This document shows positions 10,067-20,078 of a stretch of DNA of 64,000 nucleotides, piece after piece (within the stretch, counting starts at the first letter, position 1; every line of letters starts with the position of its first letter). A program made the translations under genes and the position numbers. The stretch comes from Chloroflexota bacterium (lineage in GTDB: Bacteria; Chloroflexota; UBA11872; VXOZ01). The DNA is taken from the NCBI GenBank assembly GCA_964291655.2, contig OZ219802.1, positions 1,088,001 through 1,152,000 on the forward strand, in the 5' to 3' direction. Below the pieces are notes generated by a model. It saw only the letters and a program-made list of their open reading frames with translations. It was not told the origin of the DNA and made no database searches.

Positions 10067-10299
10067 GAGATTCCTCTCTATAGGCGCTAAGAAGAGTGAT
10101 GGCACGTATCAAAGGTGACGGGCAGAACGTAGCATGCGGCTGCACACGCTGTCAACGCGGGAGGCTGGCGGCTAGCAGGCAGCAGTGTTGTTTCGCCGCG
10201 TCAAAATTACGCTAGAAGAACCGGCGCAGCCTCGGGCAAAGGGCTGTGCGGTCGTGTCTTGCCTCCGGCACTCCGCCGGGACTCTGTATACTGGTGCAC

Positions 10300-11157
10300 A
10301 TGGAAGAACGTCTGCAAAAGTTCCTTGCTCGCTGCGGCGTGGTGTCCCGCCGGCGCGCTGAAGTCTTGATTGTCCAAGGCCGGATTGCCGTAAACGGGAA
10401 GGCGGTGTCGGTGCTGGGCACGAAGGTGGACCCCGTTCGCGACAGAGTATCGCTGGATGGCAAGACGGTCGCGCCGCCGACTGCGCTTACCTACCTGGCC
10501 TTGCACAAACCGGCCGGATTCCTGGCAACCCGTGAAGACCCGCACGGTCGCCGCACCGTTTACGACCTGCTGCCTCAAAATTGCGCCCATCTGGTTCCGG
10601 TGGGTCGCCTCGATTTCCAGAGCGAAGGACTGCTCTTCTTCACCGATGACGGCGCATGGGCCAATCACGTCGCGCATCCCCGCTACGGCGGCGAGAAGGA
10701 GTACGCGGTCCTGGTAAACGGTCGCTTGATTTCCCAACAGCAGGAAGCACTGCGCGCGCCTATGGTCCTGGACGGATATCAACTCAATGCCATCAAAATG
10801 CAGTTGATGCATCGCGAGGGTGAAGGTACGTGGATGACGATCACCCTCACAGAGGGGCGCAAGCGGCAGATCCGTCAGATGCTCGCGGCAATTGGCAAAC
10901 ACGCCCTGCGCCTGATCCGAGTCCGCATTGGCCCGGTCCGCCTCGGCAAATTAGCGCCGGGAGAATTCCGCCCGCTGTCGCAGAATGAAGTCGAGCATTG
11001 GCATGACCCACCGCAAAGCCCTCACCCGCAACGAAAAGCGGCCGCGCCTGCATCGCTTCGGCAAAGTGCACCTCCTACAAACACAACCGGAGACGGCAGG
11101 GCAGACACATCCTTCGCCAGCGCCGCGGTCGGGATACGCCACAGTGATCACGTCTGA
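10300..11157 (+). CDS. RsuA/RluB-family rRNA pseudouridine synthase
   Basis: ERLQKFLARCGVVSRR S4 domain, VGRLDFQSEGLL, EGRKRQIRQM. Confidence 0.95.
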   Translation: MEERLQKFLARCGVVSRRRAEVLIVQGRIAVNGKAVSVLGTKVDPVRDRVSLDGKTVAPPTALTYLALHKPAGFLATREDPHGRRTVYDLLPQNCAHLVPVGRLDFQSEGLLFFTDDGAWANHVAHPRYGGEKEYAVLVNGRLISQQQEALRAPMVLDGYQLNAIKMQLMHREGEGTWMTITLTEGRKRQIRQMLAAIGKHALRLIRVRIGPVRLGKLAPGEFRPLSQNEVEHWHDPPQSPHPQRKAAAPASLRQSAPPTNTTGDGRADTSFASAAVGIRHSDHV

Positions 11158-11854
11158 AATACCTCTTACGATCACCATTGACGGCACCGCGGGATCGGGC
11201 AAGAGCGCACTCGGGAGCCTCCTTGCCGCGCGATTAAACTACCTCTTCGTTGACACCGGCGCTTTCTACCGAGCCCTGACTCTCGCCGCTCTGCGCGCGC
11301 AATTACCTTTAGAGAATGGTCCCGCGCTGGCGGCGTTGGCTCAGACGCTGGATATCCGCATCGTGCCTCCTACCGTTGCCGACAGCCGTCAGTTCACCCT
11401 CTTGCTGGGCACGGCAGACGTCACCTGGGAGCTTCGCAGCGAGGCGGTTGATGCCGGTGTGTCACCGGTTGCGGCACAACCGGAAGCGCGCGCAGCCCTG
11501 CTGCCCATGCAGCAGCGCCTGGCCCGCAAGAAAGGCGTGGTGATGGTGGGACGTGATATCGGCACCGTGGTCTGCCCGGAAGCCGAGGTAAAAGTTTACC
11601 TCGTCGCTGACCTCGCCACCCGTGCCAAGCGCCGCCAGCAAGAGCTCGCGACACGAGGCGCGTCAATCACTGACGACGACGTAGCCCGGAATCTCGCCGC
11701 CCGCGACCGCATTGACAGCAGCCGGGACGCGGCACCGCTTGCACAGCCTCCCGATGCTATCGTGCTTGATACCGGCAAACTTTCACTGGAGGAAGAACTC
11801 GCGACAGTCCTCGTCAGAATTAAAGCAGTGCGTGATGCTTTGGCCGCAGAATAG
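11144..11854 (+). CDS. cmk: cytidylate kinase
   Basis: ITIDGTAGSGKS, DTGAFYRA, GRDIGTVV, RDRIDSSR. Confidence 0.96.
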   Translation: MITSEIPLTITIDGTAGSGKSALGSLLAARLNYLFVDTGAFYRALTLAALRAQLPLENGPALAALAQTLDIRIVPPTVADSRQFTLLLGTADVTWELRSEAVDAGVSPVAAQPEARAALLPMQQRLARKKGVVMVGRDIGTVVCPEAEVKVYLVADLATRAKRRQQELATRGASITDDDVARNLAARDRIDSSRDAAPLAQPPDAIVLDTGKLSLEEELATVLVRIKAVRDALAAE

Positions 11855-11917
11855 ACCCCAACATCGTCATCAACGTGGTGAGATTTACATTTTCTTAAAG
11901 AAAATCTTTTAATTCTC

Positions 11918-11947
11918 TTGCGCTCTGTCGCTGGATGTGGTTATAAT
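11918..11947 (+). promoter_or_regulatory. putative sigma70 promoter
   Basis: TTGCGC-N18-TATAAT preceded by an AT-rich UP-like tract. Confidence 0.55.
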
Positions 11948-12081
11948 TGAAATCAGAGATTGGATAACCAGATGCTACTGGGGGAAAGTGGAAAGGGCTC
12001 CCTAAAGGGTTCGCCCAGGCGCCTCTACCATTGTGCGGCGCATGCCACCCAGCGGCACTTACGAGAAAGGAGTTAGTCATC

Positions 12082-12321
12082 ATGGAGGATACGCATAAAG
12101 CCGGTAACGGTGATGCCAATAAAGAGGCGCCGGAGCAGCCATTCTTCCGCGTAACCATCGAACTACGCAACTCACCCGGTGACGCGTTTGAGAACCTGCA
12201 GGAGAGGTTGAGCCAGAAGGCGAACGCTGTCCTCGACTTTATCCGACGCGGCGTAGAAATCAGGGTCGAGACCAAAGCCAAAGGCGGTCAGGACAAGGCC
12301 GAGCGCATCACCATCGAATAG
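12082..12321 (+). CDS. small hypothetical protein (79 aa)
   Basis: AAAGGAG RBS upstream and own promoter; no family recognised. Confidence 0.65.
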   Translation: MEDTHKAGNGDANKEAPEQPFFRVTIELRNSPGDAFENLQERLSQKANAVLDFIRRGVEIRVETKAKGGQDKAERITIE

Positions 12322-12516
12322 TCTTCCGGCAATGCACTGAGCCGCAACGGTCTCCGCCGAGGGGACTCGAGGGCGCGGTCGGTTCAGTTTCTGCACGACA
12401 CGACGCAGGTCTCCAACATTGGAGGCCTGCGTTGCGTTTAGACCAGGAAAGAGGCACGCCCACACACAGGCATGAACGCGCAAAGCGCCAACACTTAGGT
12501 GGATTTGCGGCAATTC

Positions 12517-14394
12517 TCACTGCCGCGCCGGAGGATCTGTGGCGACGTTGCGGCCCTCGCCACCCTCAGGATAGCGCTCAGCCGTGACCACGCCGCCGAG
12601 CCCTTGGGCAATGTAGTTGGCGATTGCCTGCTGGTATGTGACACCAAGCGAAAAGAACGGCGCGTCGCGGAAGGGGTACTCATCGCCGCCGAGTGCAAGG
12701 AAATTTAGTGTCGCAACGTGCACGGGGCCCGCATCTGCTACGACGTCACCATCCCGCACCAGCCAGGTACCGTCGCCAAGCTGCACGCTGCGAATTCGCG
12801 TGCCCGGCGTGACCACCCGGCCGTCGTCATCGAGCACCTGTGAGGTACCGTTCGGATCCCAGGTCATGGAGAAACCGGCTATCTGCGGGAACCGACCGTC
12901 AATGTGCTCGACCCGCGAAACGGCGTTCTCGAGAATCTCTTTGAATTGTTCTACCGACACATTTGGCACGATGGCAAGGAAGTTCGGGAACGGGGCCATG
13001 TTATAGATGTCAAGTTCGTACAATGTGCCTGCCGGGAGCACGTTGTCATTGCGAATGCCGCCGCCGTTTTGGAGCGCCACTTCTGCACCTTGGACGCTGT
13101 AGCGGTCCGCTAGTTCATTCGCCTGCCATAGCAAGGCGTCAGCAATGAGATTACCCTGGTTCGTCTCGCGCGTCCGGACTGCATGCCTTTGTCCGTCCAG
13201 TGACACTTCGGTGGTACCGACAGTGGTAGCCGCCAGGCCGCTGATGAAGTCCGCTACCGGAACTACAACGAGTTCCTGCACCGTCGGGTGAGGTTCCACG
13301 GCGTCCAGATGGTCGCCCCCGGCCACGCGCACCGGCCCGCTGGCGGAGTCAATCGACGTAATAGTTCCGTTCACGTCAAATTCCACGATCAAGCGGCCCA
13401 CGTACGTGTACCGGCCCGGCGCACCCAACACCGGTACGTCATTGCCATCGGCATCCGAGGCCAAGAGCGGATATGTGCCGAATACTTTTTCCTTGTCACC
13501 GGGCACCAGCAGGTCACTCTCGTTTGCCAGCAACTCGTCGCCGCCGCCGGCAATCAATATGTCAACCCCACGCAGCGCGGCGCCAAGCGCCACGTCTCCC
13601 GCGATCCCCTGCAGGTGACTCACGACGATGATCTTGTTTATGCCCGCAGCTTCCATTGCATTGATCTCCTGCTGGACTACCGCCGCAACATCCTTCGCGA
13701 TCTGCACGTTGCGCGGACTGGAGAGATAACGGAGACCCGGCGTTGTGGCACCGATGATGCCAACGCGTTCTCCGTTGACTTCAAGTACTGCGCTGGGGGC
13801 AAGGCGGCCGGCAGCTGCGAGCGCGGCAAGCCGCGGCTCGCCACTAAAATCAAGGTTGGCGCTGATAAAGGGAACAGTTGACGTAGAGCCACTGATTGCA
13901 TCAGCTAAGACGTCCGGTCCAAAATCAAACTCATGGTTGCCCAGCACCATCGCATCGTAGCCGATGAGATCAAGGGCGATAATATCGTAGAACGGCGCGG
14001 ACTCACGCTCCAGACTCGCGCTGAACTCCGGTCCCGCGCGGAAATTGTCACCGGCTGAGACTACCAGCACACTGCTGCCGCTGGCATGGGCTTCCTGTCT
14101 GAGCTTGGCCACCAGTGTGGCAAAGCGAGCCACACCGCCAAAGTCTTCCCGGTCCCTCCCGGCATGTATGAGCTGGGATTCACCGTCATTGTTGTGCAAG
14201 ATCGTGAGTCGAAACGCTTGCGGTACGGGCGTGGCCGCTCGCGTTACCACCGGAGTGGGCATGGCGGTCGATTCGGGACTTGGGCTTGGAGCAGTTAACG
14301 GTACAGCAGTCGCGCACGCGGATAGTGTGAACAACAGCGCGAGCAGAATTGCAGGTATATAGAGCGGCGAGCGCTTCGCCGGACAGGATGTCAT
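12517..14394 (-). CDS. bifunctional metallophosphoesterase / 5'-nucleotidase lipoprotein
   Basis: LSAC lipobox, ILHNNDGES, AGDNF, LGNHEFD, QNGGGIR, GRFPQIAG, GGDEYPF; start approximate. Confidence 0.92.
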   Translation of the reverse strand: MTSCPAKRSPLYIPAILLALLFTLSACATAVPLTAPSPSPESTAMPTPVVTRAATPVPQAFRLTILHNNDGESQLIHAGRDREDFGGVARFATLVAKLRQEAHASGSSVLVVSAGDNFRAGPEFSASLERESAPFYDIIALDLIGYDAMVLGNHEFDFGPDVLADAISGSTSTVPFISANLDFSGEPRLAALAAAGRLAPSAVLEVNGERVGIIGATTPGLRYLSSPRNVQIAKDVAAVVQQEINAMEAAGINKIIVVSHLQGIAGDVALGAALRGVDILIAGGGDELLANESDLLVPGDKEKVFGTYPLLASDADGNDVPVLGAPGRYTYVGRLIVEFDVNGTITSIDSASGPVRVAGGDHLDAVEPHPTVQELVVVPVADFISGLAATTVGTTEVSLDGQRHAVRTRETNQGNLIADALLWQANELADRYSVQGAEVALQNGGGIRNDNVLPAGTLYELDIYNMAPFPNFLAIVPNVSVEQFKEILENAVSRVEHIDGRFPQIAGFSMTWDPNGTSQVLDDDGRVVTPGTRIRSVQLGDGTWLVRDGDVVADAGPVHVATLNFLALGGDEYPFRDAPFFSLGVTYQQAIANYIAQGLGGVVTAERYPEGGEGRNVATDPPARQ

Positions 14395-14700
14395 TATGTC
14401 TCTCTGCGGTCTCTTGCGCGCCATGTGTGCACCACACGACTCTATGGCATGCCGCGAGAGACTCTTGAGGCGAGCTATGGTGGCATTCATGCCGTTTCTG
14501 CCTTTCGAATTCCTACCCTCTGACCAAAGCTGTGTGGCCCGCCCGCAGCGGGATTCACGTTGCACCATAGCAGTGTACGCGTAGAGTATACGGCAAGCAC
14601 AATTCCAGGAACCCCAACACAACACTATGCCACTCATTCGCCCGAGCAGTTTCCTGGCCATGGCAATTGTGAGACAGCGATCACGGATAACCTGCAAGCG

Positions 14701-15177
14701 CTATTGCGATGGAGGTTGGGATGCCTGCGCGGCCGCAGCCGAGGACTGTTCAGCTACCGGCGAGCGTCTTATGTCGCGCAGGCGCAGCACAAGAGCAACG
14801 CCCATCAGACCAATGGCGGCAAGCGAGAATAAGGGTTGGATCGGCTCAAAATACGTAAGCGCGCCACTGGCGCCGGCGAGAGCAAGCACCACTTTATTGC
14901 AGACCGGACAGCCTATGCCCACAAAGAGCAGCAGGCCACTGCCGAGAGCTTTTGAGTCTTGAAGCGAGCAGCTCCTAGGCACGCCGTACGTCGCCCCAAG
15001 CATCACGGCCAGGGCAGGAATGGCTCCCAGGTAAACATAGTCAGTGGGGCGTGCCTCGAGGGGACGGACAAAATACTGGTTCGGGATCACGCCGCTGGGA
15101 ATACCCACGAGCAGCAGCACCGCCAGCCCCATGCCACCGCCGTATACGAGCGCTTTCCAAACTATAGGCCTCTGCAT
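14701..15177 (-). CDS. membrane protein with GCPVCNK motif
   Basis: about four hydrophobic segments and a CxxC motif. Confidence 0.75.
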   Translation of the reverse strand: MQRPIVWKALVYGGGMGLAVLLLVGIPSGVIPNQYFVRPLEARPTDYVYLGAIPALAVMLGATYGVPRSCSLQDSKALGSGLLLFVGIGCPVCNKVVLALAGASGALTYFEPIQPLFSLAAIGLMGVALVLRLRDIRRSPVAEQSSAAAAQASQPPSQ

Positions 15178-15267
15178 AAACGCTATCTCACGTACTTCAC
15201 GTCTTTACCGAATTAGCACTCTCATCCCCAAAATATCATCGCACACACCAATCAAGACCGCCGATCC

Positions 15268-15785
15268 TTCCCTCTCCCGGGGGGAGCCCTTCAATTTTGG
15301 AGTGGCCCTCCACTCTGCCAATCTTTGCCGTCTCCAACTATCCCCACTCCTCGGGGAGAGGGCTAGAGCCTGCCCCGTGCTTGATACGGGGGTGAGGGAA
15401 GCTCTTCACTTTCACTGTGCCCCCCACTCAGCCAGTCTTACCCGTCTCCGCTTATCCCCTCTCCTTGTACAGACCGGGGACATAGGTAACAGTTGTTCGG
15501 GGACATGGGTTACACATTTTACTGATTGACACCTACGAGAGCATTGGGTTGGTCCGGGTTTGATAAGAGACTGGCGACACAGTGCACTCACTTTCAGCCT
15601 GTCAGCTTGTGCCAGAGAAACAAACTGTGTGCATAAGGATATTGAGCGGATCTAACTTTCAAGGCAAGGACATCGCATACTACGAAAATCCCCTCGTTCT
15701 ATGGTGTAACCTATGTGCCCGAACATGTGTAACCCATGTACCCGGTCTATACACTCCTCGGGGAGAGGGTTAGGGTGAGGGGACT
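15268..15785. repeat. cluster of CCCTCTCC...GGAGAGGG(TTAG)GGTGAGGG hairpin repeats
   Basis: three related hairpins; same family at 27035-27530, 32243-32300 and 41755-42160. Confidence 0.8.
15466..15753. mobile_element. MITE with IS481-like ends
   Basis: about 50-bp imperfect TIRs TGTACAGACCGGGGACATAGGTAACA.../...TGTAACCCATGTACCCGGTCTATACA with internally repeated GGGNACATRGGTWACA; 5-bp TSD CTCCT. Confidence 0.85.
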
Positions 15786-15937
15786 TCTTCCCCGTCCCAA
15801 CCTCTCTCTATGTTTTGGGATTTTCGTCCCAGGCTCTGCACTGATCACATCGCTGCAAACCCATCACTGCCTGCTCCGAGCCACGATATCAGTTTCCGCT
15901 TCAGTAGGCTTGTTGGGCTATAAGCGGCGCGGTCTGC

Positions 15938-16696
15938 CTAGGCCTTCCTCCTCGCGGTCAGAATGAGGCGGCTGCTCTCGGGAGCAAGCGGTTCACCGTC
16001 CAGGCTACCAAAGAAATCAAGTCGTTCCAGACCCGCGAGATTCAGCATTCGTTCCAGTTCATGCGGCAAGTAGACCCGCACCCGTAGCTCGCGCTCAATG
16101 CGCTCGCCCTCAGGCGTGATGATAACGCGGCTCGTATGTTGGCACCCCGTCTCGTAGTCCATGCGGTTCCTATTCACCATTGCGTAGCCGGTGGAAGCCA
16201 TCTCCGAGTCTTCCCAGGCCTGCTTCTGGTAGGTCTGGATCGGATTTGCCATTTCCATCACGAAACGGCCGCCGGGACGCAGCACCGCCGCCACGTCGTT
16301 CAGCACCTTCTGGTCCTCGTCATCGCTCTCCAGATAGCCAAGCGCCGTAAACCAGTTGACCACCCCATCAAACGCACAGTCGAACGGCAGCGCGCGCATG
16401 TCGCCCTGCACAAGGTTAACGTCCAGGCCGCGTATCCGTCCGTCTTTGTAAGCCTGGCGCATGAGCACGTCCGAGCGGTCAAGTCCGATCACCGTGTAGC
16501 CCTGGATTGCCAGGTGAATAAGGTGGCGGCCCTGGCCGCACGCCAGGTCTAGCAACGTTGACCCCGGCCGCAGTTCGAGCAACCGCTCGATCGCCTCCAC
16601 CTCCGGCACCGTGTACCGGTCGCCAATCAGATCGGCGTACGTCGCCAGATAGAGTTCATCAAAACGGTTGCGATTTGCCGATCCTTGTGCCGGCAT
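15938..16696 (-). CDS. class I SAM-dependent methyltransferase
   Basis: LLDLACGQGRH, GDMRALPF, FTALGY, LRPGGRF. Confidence 0.92.
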   Translation of the reverse strand: MPAQGSANRNRFDELYLATYADLIGDRYTVPEVEAIERLLELRPGSTLLDLACGQGRHLIHLAIQGYTVIGLDRSDVLMRQAYKDGRIRGLDVNLVQGDMRALPFDCAFDGVVNWFTALGYLESDDEDQKVLNDVAAVLRPGGRFVMEMANPIQTYQKQAWEDSEMASTGYAMVNRNRMDYETGCQHTSRVIITPEGERIERELRVRVYLPHELERMLNLAGLERLDFFGSLDGEPLAPESSRLILTARRKA

Positions 16697-17203
16697 CCAA
16701 TCTTCCTCTTTTTCGTTTGAGATCGCGAATTCGAGTTGCAGCTAAAGACGTCTGCCCACTTGCTAACGGGCCAATGACTCTCCCAATCCAACTAAGTATC
16801 CCAAGGTGACTCCCGTTGAAGCGAAAGCAATCTCTGTCACTGCGGCCTCGCAGCGCAATTCCACCAAGTGTACTCTTCTCTAAGGATACTATGCCTTCAC
16901 CGCACGCGTCTTTCTCTCGAGACTAGGGGACAGAGGCAACCGAGATTTGCAGGCGACTCCTTGCCTATCGCGACACGTGGTGATTCAGCGATTTCAGCAT
17001 ACACCTCGGCTCACGGCAGATGAACAAGGCATCAGCACCCATGCGGATTCTCAGTATTGCTGCAGGTTCCAAGCTTGGAAACATGCACTGGGAAGGTTCT
17101 GCAAGCTAAGATAGATAAGGTGACTGTGGGATTGTCTCGGGTGCGCGCCTCATGCGGCGCCCGGTGACTGAAGGACTGCTCCCAAGGAAATCGAAAGAGA
17201 CTG

Positions 17204-18757
17204 ATGAAGACTCAGGCTCCACAACTGGGACTGTTAGGCATACTGGCCTGCGGCATAGTCTCGGCGGTCTTGTTGGTGCTGGCGTTCCCGCCGTACGACT
17301 ATTGGTACCTGGCGTGGATAGCGCTGGTGCCGATGCTTGTGCCGCTGGCGCTTCCCACCCCGCGACCTCGCGCCGCGCGTGCTGCGGCTGCCCTGACGTT
17401 CGTGCTCTACATGGGCGTGCTCTTGTGGCAGGCGTTCCCGCCCGGCCTCACGTCCCGCGCGTGGCGGGGCAGCGATTTCCCGCCGATTCTCTTCCTTGAT
17501 TCGCCGGCGCTGTTTGTAAGCGTGATTCTGCTGCCTACGCTCTTTGTGCTCTTCTATTTCGGGCGCATACCGATAGGCCCGCCATTCTCCCTGGCGCAGG
17601 CAAGACCGTACTTCTGGCTACTGCCGCCGGCTGTCTGGACGCTCACCGAGTACATGCGCTACCGGCTGCAGCTTGGCCATATCTGGGGCAATCTCTTCAC
17701 AACGCAGCACACGTTCCCGACCACGCTGGCAATCATGCGCCTTGGCGGGCCGTGGCTGCTCACGTTCTGTATTGTCCTGGCCAATGTGCTCATTGCGGCT
17801 GTCCTCGCTCGCTTGCTGGTGCGCCGGCCCATGCAAGCGGCAGGAGTGACCGCGCTGGTCGTACCATTACTCGTCAGCAGCGTACTGCTTAGCACGGCGA
17901 TGCGTGGGTCCGCGCCGCAAGCGCAGTCCGAGCCGCAGACTATTGAAGTGGCACTCGTGCAGACGGGCCTCGACATGTCCGACTACTTCGATAAGGCGAT
18001 GGTGCAGGGCGTACGCGACTACTACGGGCTGGCGTGGAGCGACGTGGAGACGCTCACCCGCGAGCAAGCGCAGGGCGCGCAACTCATCGTCTGGCCGGAA
18101 GCGACCGTCTGGCGCGACGTGCAGGCGGACACGGAAGCCCGCGAACGACTGGCAGCGTTTGCCCGCGAGATGAACGCATACCTCTTTGCGCCCTACTTTG
18201 TGGACACTGATCCCCGCGGCTTCCGCAATGAGGCAGTCTTGATCTCGCCTCAGGGTGAGTTTCTCGGCATGTACGCCAAGAACTACCCCATTATTTTCGT
18301 CGGCGAACAGAGCGTCACCGGCGGCGAGCACCCGGTATTCTCCACGCCGTTGGGCACATTCGCCACGATGATGGCGTATGATTCCGACTTTCCCGATGTT
18401 GCCCGCACCCTGACGGCCAATGGCGCGCAACTGATTGCGGTAACAAGCCACGACTGGGTGGAGATGAGCCCCTTCCAGGTGGCGGCCAGCGCCCAACGCG
18501 CCGCAGAAAACAACGTGACTATTGTAAAGGCGGATTGGCGTTACGGCAGCGCGGTGATTTTGCCGAGCGGAGAGATCATCGCCAGTACCTCGGCGTTGGA
18601 GGCGGACCGTACGGTACTCCGCGCCGCCGTGCCGCTGCCGGAGTCCTCGGGCACGCCATACACGCGCACCGGCGATTGGTTTGCCTGGCTCTGCGCAGTC
18701 CTCGTCGTTGGGCTGCTCGCCCGGCTCTTTTGGGAACGGCGCTCTGCAGACCGCTAA
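17204..18757 (+). CDS. lnt: apolipoprotein N-acyltransferase-like protein, catalytic Cys absent
   Basis: LAFPP N-terminal TM region, VALVQ, IVWPE, RNEAVLI, YAK, RAAEN, TPYTRTGDWF; MAYD where the family has ICYE/D. Confidence 0.85.
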   Translation: MKTQAPQLGLLGILACGIVSAVLLVLAFPPYDYWYLAWIALVPMLVPLALPTPRPRAARAAAALTFVLYMGVLLWQAFPPGLTSRAWRGSDFPPILFLDSPALFVSVILLPTLFVLFYFGRIPIGPPFSLAQARPYFWLLPPAVWTLTEYMRYRLQLGHIWGNLFTTQHTFPTTLAIMRLGGPWLLTFCIVLANVLIAAVLARLLVRRPMQAAGVTALVVPLLVSSVLLSTAMRGSAPQAQSEPQTIEVALVQTGLDMSDYFDKAMVQGVRDYYGLAWSDVETLTREQAQGAQLIVWPEATVWRDVQADTEARERLAAFAREMNAYLFAPYFVDTDPRGFRNEAVLISPQGEFLGMYAKNYPIIFVGEQSVTGGEHPVFSTPLGTFATMMAYDSDFPDVARTLTANGAQLIAVTSHDWVEMSPFQVAASAQRAAENNVTIVKADWRYGSAVILPSGEIIASTSALEADRTVLRAAVPLPESSGTPYTRTGDWFAWLCAVLVVGLLARLFWERRSADR

Positions 18758-18767
18758 GGGGGATCAA

Positions 18768-19916
18768 GTGGCAAAGGAAACCCTCACCGGCAAGCAAAGT
18801 GACTTTCTCAAGATCGTGGCGGCCGCCGCCAGACGCGGCGATGTGGAGGCAGTACGGGCATTTGTCGACGACAACCCCCGTTGGGTGCGCACCGTCGGCT
18901 CCCATGGACGCACGATGCTGTGGGAAGCGGCGTACTGGGGCAAGCTGGCGGTAGCGGAGTTCCTGGTTTCGCGCGGCGCTGATGTCAATGCCCTTGGCTG
19001 CCACTACAGCGAACACTACGTGGAAATCAGTTGCTACTGCGTAGCCAGGGCCAAGCAACGCCATGCCGTTGCCGACTATCTGCTGGAGCAGGGCGCGACC
19101 GTAGACGTGTTTACGGCAGCCTATCTAGGCGATACGGCGGCGGTTGCCGGATTTCTTGCAGCCGACCCAGCGCTGCTTGAAAGCTCCCAGGCGCAGCACG
19201 ACTCCCAGCGGTCTGAAGAGAAACGACTGGTCTTCGACCACATGCCCAACTCCTGGGCCACGCCGCTTGCCTATGCCCTCAGCGGCGGTTGCAGAGACAC
19301 GGTTGCACTGCTGCTCGAACGCGGCGCGGAGGTCCGCCAGCACGACACGCGGATGCTAGGCATTGCGGTGGGCCGCAACCGGCTGGACTTAGTGCAGATG
19401 CTCTTAGCGCACGGGGCCGATGCCGCCAACCTCCCGTTGGCGGACCCCTCCCAGAACCGCGCTTTGGCGGAGCTGGCTATTTCCCACGGCTACGACGTCA
19501 ATACCGGCCGCCCCGGCTGGCCGCCGCTAGTAGTTGCCAGCCGTGGCGACAAGGGCGAGCACCCCGAGAAAATACAGGCGCTGCTGGAGCTTGGGGCCGA
19601 CGTGAACGTCCGCGATTACAAGGGCAAGACTGCGCTCCATCGCGCAGCCACCGCCGGCTTTCTTGCGAGCATGGAGACCTTGCTGGCGAGCGGCGCCGCC
19701 ATTGACGCGGCGGACGAGAAAGGTGAGACGCCGCTCCTCGACGCTGTGCGCGCCGGTCGGGTGGAAGCCGTAGCGCTGCTGCTCGAAAGAGGAGCCGATC
19801 CATTGGCGGAAAATAGTAAGGGCATCACGCCGGTCGCGGCGGCAAAACGCATGCGCAAGCAGGGAGCGGCAGACATTGCGGCTCTTCTTGCAAGGGCCGG
19901 AGAGCACTCTCCATAA
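18768..19916 (+). CDS. ankyrin repeat protein
   Basis: repeated GRTMLWEAA / ATPLAYA / GKTALHRAA / GETPLLDAV units ending LL..GAD. Confidence 0.92.
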   Translation: MAKETLTGKQSDFLKIVAAAARRGDVEAVRAFVDDNPRWVRTVGSHGRTMLWEAAYWGKLAVAEFLVSRGADVNALGCHYSEHYVEISCYCVARAKQRHAVADYLLEQGATVDVFTAAYLGDTAAVAGFLAADPALLESSQAQHDSQRSEEKRLVFDHMPNSWATPLAYALSGGCRDTVALLLERGAEVRQHDTRMLGIAVGRNRLDLVQMLLAHGADAANLPLADPSQNRALAELAISHGYDVNTGRPGWPPLVVASRGDKGEHPEKIQALLELGADVNVRDYKGKTALHRAATAGFLASMETLLASGAAIDAADEKGETPLLDAVRAGRVEAVALLLERGADPLAENSKGITPVAAAKRMRKQGAADIAALLARAGEHSP

Positions 19917-20003
19917 TTCCCGCCACTTCCACGTCGGTCGGTCCCTTAGCGCAGCTGCTCCCCGGGTAGGCTGTAGCGCACTTCCTAGGGGATCATCCAT
20001 ACC

Positions 20004-20069
20004 GTCATTGCGGCGAAAGCCGGAATCCATCTTCGCATTTCACTGGACTCCGTCTTCAGCCGGAGTGAC
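20004..20069. repeat. inverted doublet of GTCATTCCGGCGAAAGCCGGAATCCA REP-like repeat
   Basis: two opposed hairpins between convergent genes. Confidence 0.8.
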
Positions 20070-20078
20070 AAATTGCGC

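Noticed and set aside
11975-12030. tRNA-like sequence with GGTTCG and ending CCA
   Set aside because: No consistent T-arm or acceptor stem could be folded.
14395-14697. 101-aa N-terminal extension of the 5'-nucleotidase ORF
   Set aside because: The lipoprotein signal begins near 14394; the extension is likely just an open frame.
15213-15240. TTAGCACTC CIRCE half-site
   Set aside because: The second half GAGTGCTAA is absent at the required spacing and the neighbours are not heat-shock genes.
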